The notes beneath the pieces were generated by a model, which was not told the DNA's origin, searched no databases, and saw nothing but the letters and a program-made list of their open reading frames with translations. The position numbers were made by a program, and so were the translations under genes. From an uncultured Thermoleophilia bacterium (GTDB taxonomy: Bacteria > Actinomycetota > Thermoleophilia > UBA2241): DNA of 64,000 nt. The stretch covers positions 160,001 to 224,000 of the forward strand of contig CAVQSP010000014.1 of NCBI GenBank assembly GCA_963715985.1, written 5' to 3'. Shown here piece by piece: positions 62,373-64,000 of this stretch; position 1 is the stretch's first letter, and every line of letters begins with the position of its first letter.

Positions 62373-63830
62373 TCAGAAGCGGCCGGTCTCGACCGCGGCG
62401 ATGATGTCGTCGAACTCGCGACCCAGCTCCTCGGGGAGCTCGGGCGCGGGAGTGGCGAGCAGGCCGTCGGCGACGGCCCGCGCCTTGTCTTCCAGTCGCG
62501 GGCTGCCCGCGCCGGTCCACCCGTCGTAGGTGCCGGCCTCTCCGAGGCGCGCCTGCCAGAGCTCGCGCACGTGTGCGCGGGTGTGGCCGTCGAAGAGGTA
62601 GTCGCCCTTGAACCCCATCTTCTTGATGAGGTCCACGGCCAGCGTCTCGCGCTCCACGGTCACGCCGCGCAGAAGGCGCGTGACCACGCCGAACACCTCG
62701 TCGGCGATGACGAGCTCCTCGAGGCTCATCTGCTGGACGCTGTCCAGGAGCCCGGCGCCGAAGAGGAAGTCCGCGCCGGCGGAGAGCTCGAGCACCATGC
62801 CCAGCGTGTTCTCGTAGGCGCTCTGGGCCTCGGGCTGCTTGGCCTTGGTGCCGCCCCAGCCGAGGCCCGCGGGCAGGCCCCAGAAGCGCGCCATCTGCGC
62901 CTGCGCGGCGCGCAGGAGCAGCGCCTCGGGGACGTTGGCGAAGTAGGCGCCGGTGCGCATGTAGAGCGCCGTGGGGCCGCCGGCGTGGACGAGCTTGGCG
63001 CCGGGACAGGCGAGCTGCACGGCGGTGATGGCGGCGAGGATCTCCGCCGCCCCTACCACCGCCGTCCCCGCCGGCGTGACCGGCGCCGTGGCGCCGAGGA
63101 TGGGCATGGGGTAGAGCATCATGGGGATGCCGGCCTCGGCGAGCTCGAAGGCGAGCTCCATGCCGAAGCGCTCCTGGTGGAGCGGGCTCACCGTGCACAG
63201 GATGACGGAGAAGGTCGGGCGGGCGTGGAGCTCGGCGGTGCCGCCGGCCACGGCCTCCGCCATGCGGATGAGCGGCCGCGCCTCGGTGGCGTCCTTGATG
63301 CTCACCACGATGCTGTGCTTGCGCGACGCCCGCATGCAGGCGTCGAACTCGTGCAGCACGCGGCTCTCCTCCGGCGTGTCCTGGGCCGAGACGAGGGCCG
63401 AGGTGGCCGAGAGGTTGGGCAGGCCGTCCACGACGCGGGCCGCGGCGTACACGTCCTGCTTGACGCTCGGCCGCACCGAGCCGTCGGCCTCGCGCACGAA
63501 CGTCGCGCAGCCGTCGGAGGTGAGGTAGGCGTGCTCGCCGTCCACAGGAAGGTCGAACTCGGGCGTGCGCCCGCCCAGGGTGAAGCCACTTGGCAGCGTG
63601 GCGAGCGCCTCCTCCACGGCGCTCGCCGGGATGCGCGCCACCGTGGTGTCGCGGTCCACCGTGGCCCCGTGCTCCTCGAGCACGTCCAGGGCACGGTCGT
63701 TGTGGAACATGACGCCGGTCTCGGCGAGCACGTCCAGCGCCGCCTCGTGGATGCGCTCCACGTCGGCCTCGGCGAGGATGCGCAACGGGCGCCGCCGTCC
63801 GATGTACCGTCCGTCGGCGTGTGAGATCAT
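62373..63830 (-). CDS. MttB-superfamily methyltransferase, non-pyrrolysine (tandem paralogue)
   Basis: IHEAALDVLAETGV, VSPL, GATAPVTPAG, QSAYE, FGAGLLD; AAGGAG RBS. Confidence 0.92.
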   Translation of the reverse strand: MISHADGRYIGRRRPLRILAEADVERIHEAALDVLAETGVMFHNDRALDVLEEHGATVDRDTTVARIPASAVEEALATLPSGFTLGGRTPEFDLPVDGEHAYLTSDGCATFVREADGSVRPSVKQDVYAAARVVDGLPNLSATSALVSAQDTPEESRVLHEFDACMRASRKHSIVVSIKDATEARPLIRMAEAVAGGTAELHARPTFSVILCTVSPLHQERFGMELAFELAEAGIPMMLYPMPILGATAPVTPAGTAVVGAAEILAAITAVQLACPGAKLVHAGGPTALYMRTGAYFANVPEALLLRAAQAQMARFWGLPAGLGWGGTKAKQPEAQSAYENTLGMVLELSAGADFLFGAGLLDSVQQMSLEELVIADEVFGVVTRLLRGVTVERETLAVDLIKKMGFKGDYLFDGHTRAHVRELWQARLGEAGTYDGWTGAGSPRLEDKARAVADGLLATPAPELPEELGREFDDIIAAVETGRF

Positions 63831-63839
63831 GCGTCTCCT

Positions 63840-64000
63840 TTCGGGACGGCCGGCGCGGTGGCCGGCGCAGCTCCCCCGCGTGCACGTACTCGAGGTCGAC
63901 ATAGGGGGAGGTCACGGCGCGTACCAGCGCCTCGTAGTCGGCCGCGAAGGCGACCTCGTCGCCCATCGCAAGCCGGCTCGGGAGTGATCAGCACGCAGAC
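63840..64000 (-). CDS. Alanine/ornithine racemase-family PLP enzyme, C-terminal end (partial)
   Basis: GDEVAFAADYEALVRAVTSPYV resembles the ornithine-racemase C-terminus; stop position unclear. Confidence 0.6.

Noticed and set aside
50556-63830. Pyrrolysine in the MttB-family genes
   Set aside because: All three frames are open with no internal TAG, and no pyl genes are visible.

Overview
Very GC-rich bacterial DNA, probably an anaerobic Actinomycetota such as Thermoleophilia (inferred from a fused PafBC, leaderless promoters and three MttB-family paralogues). About 1.2-31 kb is an accessory/defence-type island. It holds six largely intact type II toxin-antitoxin pairs plus decayed remnants, a Fic protein, DUF3800 with a flanking RNA hairpin, an ADP-ribosylglycohydrolase, a GIY-YIG-like protein, a Cas4-like nuclease, CpXC-HD, Macro-DUF4062 and an RNase J-like hydrolase. 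The island also contains a three-layer nested IS stack inside an ankyrin gene, a run of degenerate attC-like sites with no integrase in view, and an IS110 element whose bridge-RNA guides can be read directly against its own junctions. The strongest unexplained signal is a ~480-nt, densely base-paired, terminator-ended non-coding region at ~8283-8765 that looks like a large structured ncRNA. About 31-64 kb is mostly housekeeping/metabolic: RmuC, Mo-oxidoreductase, cupredoxin, AhpC, UvrD-like helicase, GGDEF and HD-GYP proteins, two TMEM175 proteins, three non-pyrrolysine MttB paralogues, AlkD, SpoIIE-type phosphatase, APC permease, LarA and PafBC. Many genes carry single-base frameshifts, which may be long-read indel errors rather than true pseudogenes. 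All family calls come from motif recognition only; no searches were run.
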